DNA of 63,910 nucleotides, counting the filler, from Bigelowiella natans CCMP2755 (lineage: Eukaryota; Protista; Cercozoa): the NCBI GenBank assembly GCA_000320545.1. It is 4 parts of 4 records of this genome, joined end to end, with 100 filler letters (N's around TTAATTAATTAA, not from the genome) between each part and the next. Parts side by side here need not be neighbours in the genome. Positions count along the whole stretch, not along the records: positions 1 to 29,828 come from ADNK01001807.1; positions 29,929 to 49,069 come from ADNK01000724.1; 2 more parts are not named here. One strand, given 5' to 3'. The translations under genes were made by a program, and so were the position numbers. The notes beneath the pieces were generated by a model. That model saw only the letters and a list, made by a program, of their open reading frames with translations. It was not told the DNA's origin and made no database searches. The number at the start of each line of letters is the position of its first letter. Positions within the stretch are counted from its first letter, which is position 1. Positions 27,563-41,129 of this stretch are shown here, one piece after another.

Positions 27563-27603
<41 letters not shown>

Positions 27604-28160
27604 TTACGTTTATGCTACATATTGATTGCCTATTTCTTTTTTCTTTAGAATAGATAGCACAGTACTGTACCCTCCTCCTCCCGCTCCTCCTCCTCCTCCT
27701 CCTCCTCCTCCTCATCCTCTATCAGCACCTCTCCTATCGTCTCCTTCCTTCTGGTTTTGGCCAACACGCTGGTGTTAGGGTCGTTGTAATCACAGTTGTT
27801 GTTGTTGTTGTTGTTGCTCCCCATCCTTTATGCAGCTCGCAAGTGAAAAGAGCCTCTCGCTCTTCGATTTCGGCGGAGATTACCTCTCCCCTCCTAACTC
27901 TAAATGGAGGGAAGTTTTAGCCGAGGTACGACATGGGGGGGGTTGGGGGGGGGTTGGGAGGAGTATTTCATAATTTTGTTCTATACTTTATCGGCGACTT
28001 ATACGGAAAAGCATGCTTGTATTGCGTTTTGTGAGATGTGTGCAAGCGTGATGATGAGGGAGACAGTGAGTAGCATTTACTACCAAACACCAACCAAACG
28101 CCCACGGAGAACTCGGCGTTTGCGGCGCGCATTTCGTGGAGAAAGGAGGAGAGTCAATCG

Positions 28161-28210
<50 letters not shown>

Positions 28211-28590
28211 ATGGGCAAACATGATGATAGTGATGATGATGAAGATGATGATAATGATGATGATGGTAATTCATACCGCACCATCGTCGGTCGTGGTACA
28301 TTTTCAGGTGATTACATCCCGGAGTGAGCTGCTATCCGAGGAGGCCAGGGCAGAGCAGCTGGAGAAGGCGCTGGGGGAGGGGCACATCGCAATTCCTGAG
28401 GGCGAGGAGGATGAGCAAGAGATTGGGTAATATGATGATGATGATGATGATGATGATGAGGATGATGATGGCGGGATGATGATAATGATATTGATGATGA
28501 TGACGACGATGATGATGATGAGGGTTGTATTCGGGACTGATGGCTTGAATATTGGCGCATATGGCGTTCTTTTTGTAAAACAGGGCCTAT
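24137..28590 (+). CDS. Multi-exon protein with N-terminal signal/anchor and degenerate OTU-like domain
   Basis: Start MAAGWLRWAGLMALTVSILLSLSAFVK. Exons at ~26091-26189 and 26458 onward give ENESLFRCISRAVYGDDSLHLRVRHE|MCDWL, matching the OTU pattern GNCLFRA...YG....H..VR....... 3' end approximate. Confidence 0.6.
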
Positions 28591-28658
28591 AAACTAGCAA
28601 GCTCGATGACGATTATGACGGAGGAAGAGGTAGTTCTCGCCGCATCGATGAAGGATGG

Positions 28659-28690
<32 letters not shown>

Positions 28691-28853
28691 ATACAAAAGT
28701 GGTGGTGATGATGATGATTGTACAAACGTGGTGGTGGTGATGATGATGATGATGATGATGAGCATGATGGCAATGGCGATGGTGTGTTAGGTTGCCTTTT
28801 TTGCTGACAACACCGATGTCGATGAAGATACTTATGCTTTGATCCAAAGGTGA

Positions 28854-28893
<40 letters not shown>

Positions 28894-28989
28894 AGAACAC
28901 CAACACCACCACCAACAATATCAACAACAGCGGTTAGCTACACATATCCATACCTACGAGTGCGTGTGCGTGTGCGTGTGTGTTGTGTG

Positions 28990-29026
<37 letters not shown>

Positions 29027-29828
29027 TTCGAGTATGTATGTTTGTGTAGGTATTCATTTCGTTCTACCTGAATATTCATATATCTCACTCCCCCTCCCCC
29101 CCCCCCCTTGGATTTTTTAAAGCTGTTGAAATCTACCAAGATTGGTCATCGAATGGGGGTGTGGCCAGAGCGCCATCATCCTCCTCCTCCTCATTGCCTT
29201 CTGAAGAAGGTGCTATCGATGCAGGGAATCTTGGATGGAGGCAGCAGCAGCAGTAACATCATCAACAAATACGATTCCCCCCCCCCCCCAAAACCCAATC
29301 TCCCATCTCGGCGGGGAGGCTCTTCCTCTCTACCTCTCTGCCTCTTTCTCCCCCTCTCTCTATCTGGGAGGATGTCGCACGATGCAACCGCCACGACCCG
29401 AATTTCACAACTTTGACAAGAAACAAATTGGGGAAAAGGGGGGGTGGGGAGGGGGGGGGGGGTTTTTAATTGTACCGGTGGTGGTGCCGGTGCCCATTTC
29501 CCGAATTGCCCGGTACGTTCCCACCCTTTCTTACAGGGGATGAGGGGGGGGGGGGGGGGGGGGCCTCGGCCCAAACACCATACGATTGACTTCTGTGGGT
29601 GAGTTTAACAGCTCCCCGACCTCTCAGGGGGGGGGGGGGGGGCGGGTGTGATATTCATATTTTTGTTTGAACGAAAAATGTGATGATGCGCGGACTTGTA
29701 TTTTATGGGGATTTTTTTTTTTTCATAAAAAAGTGCTAATCTATTCCCTCCGACCACCCCACTTTCATTGACCACCATTCCATTCCCAAATCCTCGGCGA
29801 AAACCCAGTAGACGCACCTGTGAAACCC

Positions 29829-29928
29829 NNNNNNNNNNNNNNNNNNNNNNNNNNNNNNNNNNNNNNNNNNNNTTAATTAATTAANNNNNNNNNNNNNNNN
29901 NNNNNNNNNNNNNNNNNNNNNNNNNNNN
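29829..29928. other. Assembly spacer (N44-TTAATTAATTAA-N44)
   Basis: N runs flanking an all-frame stop linker. Confidence 0.98.
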
Positions 29929-30289
29929 ATCCGGTTAGCACGCACGCAATCAACCGTGGTGAACAGCCAGGGAACTGCAGATACATCGAGCTCCTGAATT
30001 CCATGCCCCCCGCCCGCCTTCCCCCGCCCGTACATAGACTGGAGAGGATGATTATTTCCAACGGGACGAGCGCGCAGATCCTCCTCGTAACCCCATTATC
30101 CCTTGGTACAACCACCCGGAAAAAAAGAGATTCCTTCTTTCCCCCCCCCCCCCCCCCCCACACACAATACCACCACCAACAACAATCACCATCACCACCA
30201 AACGCTTGTAGCTTTCCAAAAAGCGCAATCAAGGTGCCCCCACGCACGCCCGGATGGGAGGAAGAGCAGCAAAAAAAACGGGTGGGAGG

Positions 30290-30608
30290 AAGGACACGGA
30301 CTCATCGTATCCAGAGTAATCCAGAGCTGCCACGGTGTGATGCCCATCGATGATGTAGAATGCGTAGGACTGCGTCACCTACAGAACGACCGTCCGCCAT
30401 CCGGAAGAAGGAGGAATGTCATTTATTGCGAAAGAACGATACTGGGCAAAGATGAAAAGGGAATACGAATGCCGACAGCAAGCCAAAATCATCGATCGAT
30501 GGAACATCCTCCGTAGTGTCGGTGAGCATCTCTGGAGTGTGGGTCGTCGGCGCACCCGCTACTACTACTAATACTAATACTACTACTACTACTACTAACA
30601 ATAATAAC

Positions 30609-30642
<34 letters not shown>

Positions 30643-31492
30643 CGAACTCACGTTGTTAACAGCGAGGACCGCAGGGAGGGTCTTGCTGTCCAGCGCATCC
30701 TACGGCAAAGAGGGGAAATGTGCGGACAATGTGCAAATCGGTTGCGGGTTGTGTGCATAGGAAGGCGAAGAACGTAAGATCCGCAGCGCGGATGATCAGT
30801 GTTTGCCCTTGCCTCAGAGGGGGGGCTTACGGTGGGCTATGTGACAGCTACCTGCGCGTCGCTGGACTTGCTGAAATCCTTCTCGACCTTCTTCTGCACC
30901 CAGGCGTATCTGAGAGAGGTCAGAAGTTGATGTCTGTCAGCCGGTGAAATAAATATATTGGAGATCGCAGCGACCGATGACTGAACATAGGTTGGAAGAG
31001 GAGTTTGGAAACGGGGGTTGTTGTTTATGTTCTCTTGGGTGACGATGTGAAATATGCTTTTCTGTGTGAGATTTCCCCGAGTTTGAGTAGGGGAGGGAGC
31101 ACTTACCCAACATCATGCTGCGCGGGGCGGATATATGGCTTGACGTTGTGCCATTTGTTTGAGCAAACACCAGTGAAACTTCTGCGTGTTTTGATGATGA
31201 TGATGATGATAATGATGATAATGATGATGATGATAAATTCCGATGAACATGCTGCTACTTACTCTATTACATTCTTATATTCTAGTAGTTTCCCATCTCC
31301 ACTAGAATTTCTTTTCGAACAACGAATTCAAGATCCAAAATTCTTACGCTAATACTCGCGTAGGATTATCATCGTCATTGTTTGTTCCACATACGTGGAG
31401 GCGTCAGTTACGACACGATCGCAATCGGGAAGGGCGACCGCCTGTTCGTATACAAAGCAATGCTGAAGAAAAATGACAGCCCAGAGCCTCAT
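30290..31492 (-). CDS. Signal-peptide-bearing ParB/sulfiredoxin-fold (ParBc_2-like) protein, 3'-partial
   Basis: Spliced MRLWAVIFLQHCFVYEQAVALPDCDRVVTDAST|SFTGVCSNKWHNVKPYIRPAQHDVG|YAWVQKKVEKDFSKSSDAQ|DALDSKTLPAVLAVNN|VTQSYAFYIIDGHHTVAALDYSGYD. RPxQxxVG and YIIDGHH are ParB-like motifs. Confidence 0.7.
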
Positions 31493-32335
31493 CCTCGCAG
31501 GTTGCAGGGGGAAGCGATGCCTTGGATCGATGGCATTTATGAGGCAATTAGGGTTTCGCCGGAAGGTATCATCTATTTTGTTTCGTCTGTCGTCTTTATT
31601 GCTGACGCAAGGTAATATCGTCCTAAGTTCACATAAAATATATTTTACGATGTCGCAAGAGCCATCAGTAGGTCATTATATGACTGAGACCTTGGTTCTT
31701 TGTGCATGTAACGTACGTATTTACATCTTCGACGGTTTTTGGGGTTTATTCCTCAACGACAAGATTTGCTCCTGTTTATTGCAAAAATTACAACATGTTA
31801 CGCCTGCCGAAAAACTGAGATCAATAACAAGTTCGTTGAGCACTGCATTTAATATGATAATGGAACTGAAATTGCATGTGATTTATAAATGCGACAATGA
31901 AATTGTGAAGACGTCGTCCAAATTAGTAGTTATCTGCAAAGTGTATGTGTCCCCCAACAGCAGTTGTTTCTGAAACACTGATTGCAACGAAACCCAGCAG
32001 GTCGTCGTTGTGGCGATGGAGGGAGGGGGCAGGGGGGAAGCGTAGCGAAAAAATCTTACCGATGAACACATGATATTAGAGATTATTTTCATATGTTCAA
32101 TGTTCGTAATAAGGCTGTGTTCTTCGACGACATTTGTTGAGTGATTGCATCGTGGAATTTCCTCCCGCGTCACGGGAAACTTCCAACGAATCATTTAGTT
32201 TCTCCATGGGCTTTCTGGGGTCGGGAAGATTGCGATTCTAGAGATCCTTTTCTGTGTTAAAGAGTTGGGTCATAAATTCTGATTTATTCTTGACTGATTT
32301 CGTAGGACTCCATCTCCGAAAGATTTGATAGAGGC

Positions 32336-32708
32336 ATGAGCTCCCAAGGCGCCACACTTCAAAATTACAACAATGAGCTCGTCAAATGTCTAGAAGACCT
32401 TAGAGAAAAGCGAGAAACTTTAAATAAGGAGGTAATAAGAATTCAGCTAAAGCCCACTGCATCTCAAATGAAAATCTAACTGATCTCTGATTTCCTTCTT
32501 TATCGACTTCCATTCTCCACATTTGCTAATGCGGATAATTGTGCATGGCAGGACTTTTTCCACCGACGATAATTTTACACATTCTCCGTCATAATTTGCA
32601 TCTTTATTATCTTCAGATCTCTCTCATTTTCCCTCGATCGCTCTAGACATATATATAAACACTCAAAAGAACATACACGGATACACACACACACATATAC
32701 ACACACAT

Positions 32709-32776
<68 letters not shown>

Positions 32777-33238
32777 GCTTATAAAATCCAGTCATGATGT
32801 TTCGGAATGTAGCTGACTATCTTCTGTTCTGCTTCAATTCATATGACTACAGCTCCAAAGGATAAATGAAAGACTTGCTAAAAAGACAAGCGCTAGAAAC
32901 GACTTCGATATGACGATCCAGGAGACAGAAGGGGCTTATATGAAAATCCTGGAATCGTCACAGACGCTTCTCCACGTGCTAAAGGTGAGAAATAAGAAAC
33001 TTAATCAAAGTATTTGTTAATTTAATGTCTACATTTTTGCTATCGGTGAAATGGTCGAGTACCTTATGGTTTATTTCAGAGGGAGGGGAGTAGTCATCAG
33101 AGGGTGGGGTGTGGGGATTCTTAAATTCCACTCTCCAATAAATACATTATTGAAACCCGATGCTAACTCATTTCTTTTGTTTTGTTGCAGCGAGAAAGTG
33201 TGAACTTGTCAAAGAAAAAGCAGACGTCTCACAAATAA
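32336..33238 (+). CDS. SSNA1: SSNA1/NA14/DIP13 microtubule-associated coiled-coil protein
   Basis: Exons 32336-32431 [32 protein letters not shown], 32853-32984 [11 protein letters not shown]...[24 protein letters not shown], 33191-33238 [15 protein letters not shown]. Not present in the ORF track. Confidence 0.93.
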
Positions 33239-34255
33239 TTAAGTTGAGCGGCGTTGAACGCATTCATCCCCGATTTCATCCTACCACATCGATCCTTTCA
33301 TGCGAAAAACTCTTGTCATGAAAAGAGTAGAGCACGTAGGAAGAGCTGTCATACGCATTTATGTACACATTTGTGAAACTATGTGATAACATAGCATTAT
33401 CGATTCATGTCCGCTTCACTGCGCTAGGGCGCTACTTCGCAGCTCATTAACGGTCATCGTGGCATTGCCGGTCATCCACATGTGCATTGCATGCCTTTCT
33501 ATTCACCTATGTGTTGTTCGCATCGTCATGCATCGATGATGTAGCGAGGAGTTCGATTCGGCATGCATGCCATCATGCATTGTGCAAGCTAGCAGAGACT
33601 GCACATTGCATTGATCATTTAGCTTTTGCTACGCACTACTAGAGCTCGCGGAACAGCATTATTCGTACGTGTACGTACGCACATGCAGGCTCGCATGTGT
33701 GCATCGCATGAGAGACATTGATCATCCAGCTTTTTACATTTTGTTGCTACGTACGCAGAGTCGCGGATACGGAACAGCATCGCACATTCTTGCGACGTGC
33801 GTGCACGTACATGCTACACACATTTGCATGATGTCCCGTGTCGTGTACACGTGCTTCTTTTTCAGCTTGAAAGTGCTGACTCAATGAGCTAAAAAAGAAG
33901 CACGGGACATCGCTCGTCGACTCGCGCTAGCTGCACGACACGGACGACATGATGCATCATGAAACAGCAACAAACCAAAAGATTCAACATTAGCGCTGTA
34001 GCCGTTGCATTGCACAGCTACATAAGGATGGACAAATTTAATTTGATTGATTACATCCGTCTTACATCATAGCAGAGATAAATAGATACAACGTCAGCGC
34101 TGTGTGCATAGCCGCTGCCTTGCATAGCTAATAATAGACATCAGGATGACCATTGAAAAGATTTAATCAATTCATTACATCCGTCTCTTGTACGTATCGT
34201 ACACCACAAATTTTAGAAATTCCTTGCGAGCAGCTCGAATCGACGTACATCAGGG

Positions 34256-36876
34256 CTACTTCAGCTTCATTCCAGCGAAGAAGGTTGCATCAGAGGGTTC
34301 ATTCGATGTATCTGAGAAATACTCGTCATCCGGTAAGCATTCTTTCCCATCCGCGGCCTTTGTCAAACGCATGGAATATCGAAAAACAAATTAAAGACAT
34401 CACCGAGCAAATCGACATCAACATGCACGACTGGGCTTTCCGCCAAGATGAGTATAAACTGCTGCCTATAATCTCTACTTTATCGTAAGATTTCTAATGT
34501 TCGTTTGAATAGGCGAGGCGTTGTTTACATTATTCGCCTTACACCTTAGCTACATGTACATGGTCCCACCTCACCTATTCACTATTCTCTCTCGTCTTCT
34601 CCTTATTATGATTTATTGTTAGTATCGATTTTATATGGTCCATGATCGAGGTATATCTACTGGCTGAGAGAAACCCGTGTCATGACGCAATTCAGATTGG
34701 CCACCATCCGCTGGAACAGCTGCTGACTCTTCTGGTCTAAGAGGCACCTCGAGTTGCCTTGGTCCCGGAATTCAATCTTAGGACCTGTCGTCATAAAAAA
34801 AGGATATTTTCCTGCATGAGCTCCCACACCACCATCACCACCAACGACCACAAGCGCAGCACGCGCATTGTTATTCTCCAGGAGTTAGCATGCGGGGGGC
34901 ACCGTCTTCGAAGACGAGTTTGCTCTGCGCCCAGTAGGGCTGATGCGAGTCCATCTTGATGGTCTGCTGGAGACTGTACCGCACTTTGAGGACCACGTCA
35001 GCGTCCGGCATGCCGGAGCCGCTCTTTGCTGCCAGGGCGATCGATCGTTTCACCTTGACCCTGATGGTTCCCGAGGCGCTGTCAACGTGGAAGCTTGTGC
35101 GAAAGAAGGAGGTCTTCGCCCTCAGATCCGACGAATGACCGCTCGATAGAGTCCCGTCTGAGCAGCGCAACAACCCGCCTGCCTCGCCCGTGAATGGCTG
35201 CAGAAGTCAAGTGGATGAGATGGCAAAAAGAAGAAGAAGAAGAAGAAGACCAATGATCCTCATCATAAGCATTCACAAGCGCTCCCTCCCCCCCCCCCCC
35301 CCCAGTTCCGAAGGCTGATGTCACTGTGGCCGTAGAGAATGCATGTTACATTACTAGGTCAACATCATACCGAGGATCCGACTTTAACCTTCTCAATCTC
35401 AAACAGCGCGTCTTGAATAGGAGCGTCGAGCGATTGGAGGGGATATCTTCACACAATGCATGGCGGGGTAAAGAAATATAACTAAGTTGCGGCGCGGAAT
35501 CTTGGAATTTCACACTGCGAAAGAGCTACGAACAGCACGGATGGCTCTCGTCTCTCGGCACGGTCGTGGCATATCGACGCTTTTGAAGGCAGACGTCGCC
35601 GCGACAGCCGTGACGTAGGGCAAAAGTAAGATGGTCTCTAAGCTAAAATTTGCACAGTCACTCCAATCCTATCTCTCCTTTGTGAGCTCTCAATCTTACT
35701 GGGAAGCTACGCGCAGAGCTGCGAGGAACGACGATTCGTCCAAGGCTATCCTATCCCGTATATTTTCATCGACGTATTTCTGGGTTATATCCGGCTTTGC
35801 AGCGAATCTAAATCGGTGGAGGGGGGGAAGGTGAAGGGGGGGGAGGGTCACGTAGAAAGACAACAGAAGGTAAGAGTGGGGAATAAGGTGTATATCAAGT
35901 AGCCGCGCAAGTATTTATCGCACACGTCCACAGGGTTCTACGAACAGAGTATTCCTATATGATACAAATCCCACAACCGGTGATTTCTAGCCCTGTGCGA
36001 GGGGGTCAGAACAACTATGATGCTTTCGTAGACATGACGAACAACGGTCTTTGCATCCCCCCCCCCGATGCATAGCCAAGATAAATTACATCAGCAGAAG
36101 GACAAATAGAAAGGAAGAGTGCTCTCTGCCGTTCTTCTTACTTATTTTCCCAATAGCTGTGGCAAGGCGATCCGCTGAATAGGCCTTCAAAGAAAGCTGT
36201 GAGGGACTGCGAAGGATCCTCGTCATCAGTCCTAGTGAATTTGCTGGGGTCATCGTAATCTGCACCCTTAAATACAACGTTGCCATCGACCACGACCTTG
36301 AACTTCTTGTAAGCGCTGAGGGAGGGATGTCGTGTGAGATGAGTCCATTGAAAGAGTGTGATATGCACATCGCAGGTGACGATTCGTGGCTTGGGATGCG
36401 CAGCACGATGAACAAGTTGCGCGTAAAGTTTTTCCACTCGCTCAACCTCTTGATCGACTCTCACTGAAACGCGCAGGAGACACACATGCTTCACACATCG
36501 CACACCCGATTCTAGTCACATCATTACAGTTTACACCCTGTTTTCGGAAACCCAATGTTCAACTGGCATCTCTTCGTGCGATCATCACACATACATGCAC
36601 ACCCTCCACAAGCATGCGCGCCTGGGCCTGCTCTACTTACTTACCCTTGGACAATGTCCCGAGCAATATAGTAGCTTTTCTTGCTGTTGATAGTGAAGCG
36701 AAAGCGCGCGAGAAGTTCAGTAGCCCAGTTCTTAAGTTCCCACAGAGAATCTCGGTCGGTGAGCTTATGGGTGACTGCCAGCTCTTTCTTCTGCTTCCAC
36801 ATCGCCTTGCAGCGTGTCACCTTTCAGTTGCATAGCGCAGCGTAGCGGTTTGGCCGGGACGAAGAAGAAGAAGAAG

Positions 36877-36907
<31 letters not shown>

Positions 36908-38450
36908 GGAAGAAGAAACGCGCAAATTAAACAAAACCAAAAAATGGATCAGAGCTGTGGTTACAAAAAGACAAAATGGACTTAGAGCAAGTGTTTGTGA
37001 TAGATAGGTTGACAGACGACATTTGACCACATTACCCAACGATGTAGCTTGAGGTAGGCATTTTTCATTGCAATGTACTCCTCCGCCGTGCCGTCATTTT
37101 CTAGCTTCCACTCTCTCCCTGTCACATCTAAGATGGTAAATTTTCCGCCATGAGGCACAGCTCCAGTCTCTGTATCAAAGTCCTTTTCCTCCCAGTCGAT
37201 GATGTCGGAAAACAGAATTTCTGAGAAAGGGGGGGAGGGGGGGAGCAGCCTTAGCAAACTGAAAAAATTCTGCCCACTCTCTTCAAAGAAAATGCAGGTT
37301 GTGGATCTCACTTCAGGCAAGGTCCTGAGGCATTTGCGCCGCTCAACAACCCCCCGCATCCCACATTACCGCACCCCGCATTAGGAAAAATCCTGGCTAA
37401 GAATCATCTTCTATCCTACTACTACAATGCTGCTGTACGTGAGCGCTCATCTTGGTTCTTCTTAAACAGAAGTGCAGGCTGATTGCAGTAACCGGAAGTG
37501 AACATCTTGTCACCCAATTCGCTGGTATGGTCGATGAGATGGAGTTCGCGCTGCTGCCAGCCTTTGGAGATCGCAGGGCTTAGCTTCTTCACAGCAAGGC
37601 TCACCTGCCCAACGACAGCAAGTGTTATATTGAATCAACACCTGGAATCATGAATGAATGCATGAGTACAGGGGGGAAGGGACCTAACAAGTACCACTAA
37701 AACTACAATTACAAGATGCTTCTTGTCGGTTAGGTAAGGGTTCATTTGCTCTTGCGCAATATATGCTCCCCCATAGAGAAGCGGGTGGTAGCCAGTCGTC
37801 GTTGGGATTCCTGGTATGCTTCTTAGCTCCGCATGTAACGCCGCAGGGTACCTGGAATGAGGAGGCAACAATCGAAGACATCTATACATCACAATCAAAT
37901 ACTCTCTCCCGCAGCGCCTCTTGGCCCTGTAGTTTCGTTGCATCGGTATGCTTGCCCATCTACTTCCTTAAATGGTTGTAATAAGGCGGTGTATTCACAA
38001 GTTTTTTATTTTTCCGCGCACATTTTTTCAGCGCCCGGCTACTACGTACTAAGTTTCGCGCAGTCTGTGACTTGTGCTGCAATCACTAGTACACGAATTC
38101 TCCTTCTCCTTCTACAACTACGTCTGCTGCTGCTGCTGCAACTACTACCAGTCTGGCTGCATAACATTCCGAGAGGAATCATGGCCTTTAGGATACTCCA
38201 TCGTCTGCTCGTCGTTCGGGCATGATGCCTGTACTACGCTCCTATTTAGGCTAGCACCAGACCGTATGAGAGACACCCGAACCGCACCTGACACGAGTCG
38301 AAGTCAGAATTTTGCGCCTTAGACTACGGCGAAACGAAACATGCGCCCAGCTTGGGACCACTGTTGTATGGCAATGTTGGTCACCGTGAGCAACCGGATT
38401 CTGCAGGAGCGCGGAGAGGAGAACGAGAAGCATCTGCATTCGATGGAATG
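34256..38450 (-). CDS. Multi-exon hypothetical protein (possible signal peptide, Cys-rich N-terminal part, PH-like segment)
   Basis: Coding-like exons MQMLLVLLSALLQNPVAHG, KKLSPAISKGWQQRELHL, GGKFTILDVTGREWKLENDG, VERVEKLYAQLVHRAAHP; no family recognised; ends approximate. Confidence 0.5.
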
Positions 38451-39404
38451 AAGAACAATGGTTTAGTGTGTGCAACGAGTGCCTCTTAATCGCAATCTGA
38501 TATATTCTCATCTCACACTCATTCCTCTCTTTGATGACTCCTCCCAGTGGACCTCGTCAAGCCCTTCCTACCTCCCTGAGAGAGCGGAGCAGCAGTTTGT
38601 TCAAATTCAAAGTTTCGGAACCGACAAATTAAATACGAGACGATGTTAAATAACCCCAACAAATCGCCTACATTTCCTAGGAAATATCGACATAATCTAC
38701 CGGTAGAGGAGTAAGGAAACAGGAGGTTATCATGATTTGCGACAAAGGGAAAATGTGTCGTCGGCGGCTTGCTTTTTTGGGTCTGCTGTTTTCTAGTTGT
38801 TGCGAATTTTCTACAAGCGAAGAACTTCAGATATATAACACTTTGCGGTCTTTTCCCCGGAGCGAAGCGGACCAGCACGAAAAAATTCTATCGAGACAAG
38901 AATCCAGCTATTAAACCAATATTTATCGTGTAAAATTTTTTCCTGAGTAACTTGGACCTGACAACAGAAACAACAATCTCAATCCATTCAAAGAAGGTTC
39001 GTAGCGTGCTGAAGACACACTGGCGCCCCCCCTTGGCATCCGCGGCATTCGTGCTCGCCACTGCGACTTTGGTTCTCCACGCTGGTTTTTACTCAGCGAA
39101 AGACTGTGTCTATCTGAAAGGCGACTCTGCTCCATCGCAGCCGAAAGAGGACAGGTGTTAATCGGTGACGGACGGCGAAAGGAAGCCATTAACTTAAATC
39201 CATCTTTTCCCCTGTCTTTTCTCCATTTCCTGTAACATATGTAGACGCGCGAGTGGTGACGGAAGAGTTCCATCCTTCGATTCTAGCAACAGGTTTACAC
39301 TGCTACCCTTCCGACCGTTTAGTCTTCGCCATCCGCAGGCTCTGCGGGGTGAGCTCTTCGTTCCCCCCTTTTCGAGGAAGATCAGTAGTAACAGCGGGCC
39401 CTCG

Positions 39405-40664
39405 ATGGACTACCACAAGCTTCTCTCTCCGCCGGGGAGCGACGAAAACGAAATGGATATCGTTGAATCGAAGAGAGAGTACATAGAAAAGGGAAAGGCG
39501 GACCTGCTCGGCCATTGGGGCTCTGTCAGGGAGTCGCCAAGATCAGACGAGGTGACAATCTCATCGTGAGGAAATAATTCGAGCCCCCCAGTCCTCATTT
39601 ACCTTTTGCACAAGCGTTTATCGTAGTTTGACTGAAGTGGCCCTGCCCCTTCACATGCGAATGTGTCTTCTCAGGGTGGGGGGGTTCGCAAGCTGGCCGA
39701 CAGTGCAAAGAGCGCGGACACCAACATGAAGTTGGACGCCGCAGAGGAGTTGGATCCGGTAGAGGAGGTGAAAAACGCGCCGCCACTAGACTGCAACCTG
39801 GAAGGGCTTAGCATTCGAAGCTCCAAAGCTGACGATGACGAGTACATGGGCGCGAAAATTATGCTCAAGAAGGTACGGGAGTCGCCGCCAGCAGCACTCA
39901 GCAGCACTCAGCAGCACTCGTGATTGATTCAAAGATCGAATTCTGGTCTCCCGCCACTGTTCGCAGGGTGAGTACCTCTCGGTTCACTGAATGCCTCCCC
40001 CCCCCCCCCCACCAGGTGAAGGAGAAGTTAGACTCGGCAAAGAAGCGCCACCGCTCATCCTTAAGGCTTAGCCAGTGGGAGAGGTAGATAAATGGAGATA
40101 ACCGGTTGAGCCTCTTCGCGGCACATGATACGCTCTGCAATGTTCTTGAAGGTACCAATTCCACGATTCATACGACGAGCTTCAAAAGGGACACGTAGCG
40201 CGGATAAAGGAGATTAACCGCAGGTATGCGTTTGCTTGCCGAATGAAGAGTTGCGGAGGGAGAAACGAAGTCATTCGTGCTTAATCCTTTACATATTGTC
40301 TTCTTCTTCTTTTTCTTCTTCTTCCTCCTCCTCCTCCTTCTCTCTTCCTCTTGTCTCTCCTCTCCTTGTTCTCCCGCTTCACCTGTGGAAGTCATTTTTC
40401 ACGTTTTTTTGGTACTGACTGCAGGCATATGGAGTTCGTCTCTAAGGGCCTACAGCCTCCTCAAAACCAGGTTATAATCTGGAAAGTAAGCAAAAAGAAC
40501 AACTCAGCTAATTCCTCCTATTCGGCGTGATTCTGCTGCGCAGGTCGTCACAGGGATCGATAGGGTGCATTGGAAAGACCTCACCATGGAGCAGTTCGTC
40601 GAGAAATACCAAAAGCCAGAAATCCCGGTATATGCGTATAGCAGTGCCGTCTATTTGGGGAAAC

Positions 40665-40715
<51 letters not shown>

Positions 40716-40886
40716 AGCGCGCGCGCACACACACACACGCAGCGCGAAGACTTCTGTCAATATATATATTATATGTATAATGTACGCTTTTATCCGCGTA
40801 ATAAGATATATGTATATATATTATTGAGAATAATAGAAATTCAATATAATATATAATATATTAATATATATAATATATAATATATT

Positions 40887-40932
<46 letters not shown>

Positions 40933-41091
40933 AATGTCGCAGAAGTCTTCGAGCTCCCGCGCCTCTTCCTCATCATTTCTCGACTAAGCATCGCTGGACA
41001 TCCATCATGCACCACGCAGGTCATAATCACGGGACTCACGGACGATTGGAAGGCCAACGATAATTGGAAAGTGGAGGAGGTGGGATGGATA

Positions 41092-41129
<38 letters not shown>

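Noticed and set aside
29829-29928. TTAATTAATTAA palindrome within N runs (also at 49070 and 62356)
   Set aside because: Identical artificial contig linker with stops in all frames; it also means adjacency across these points is unproven.
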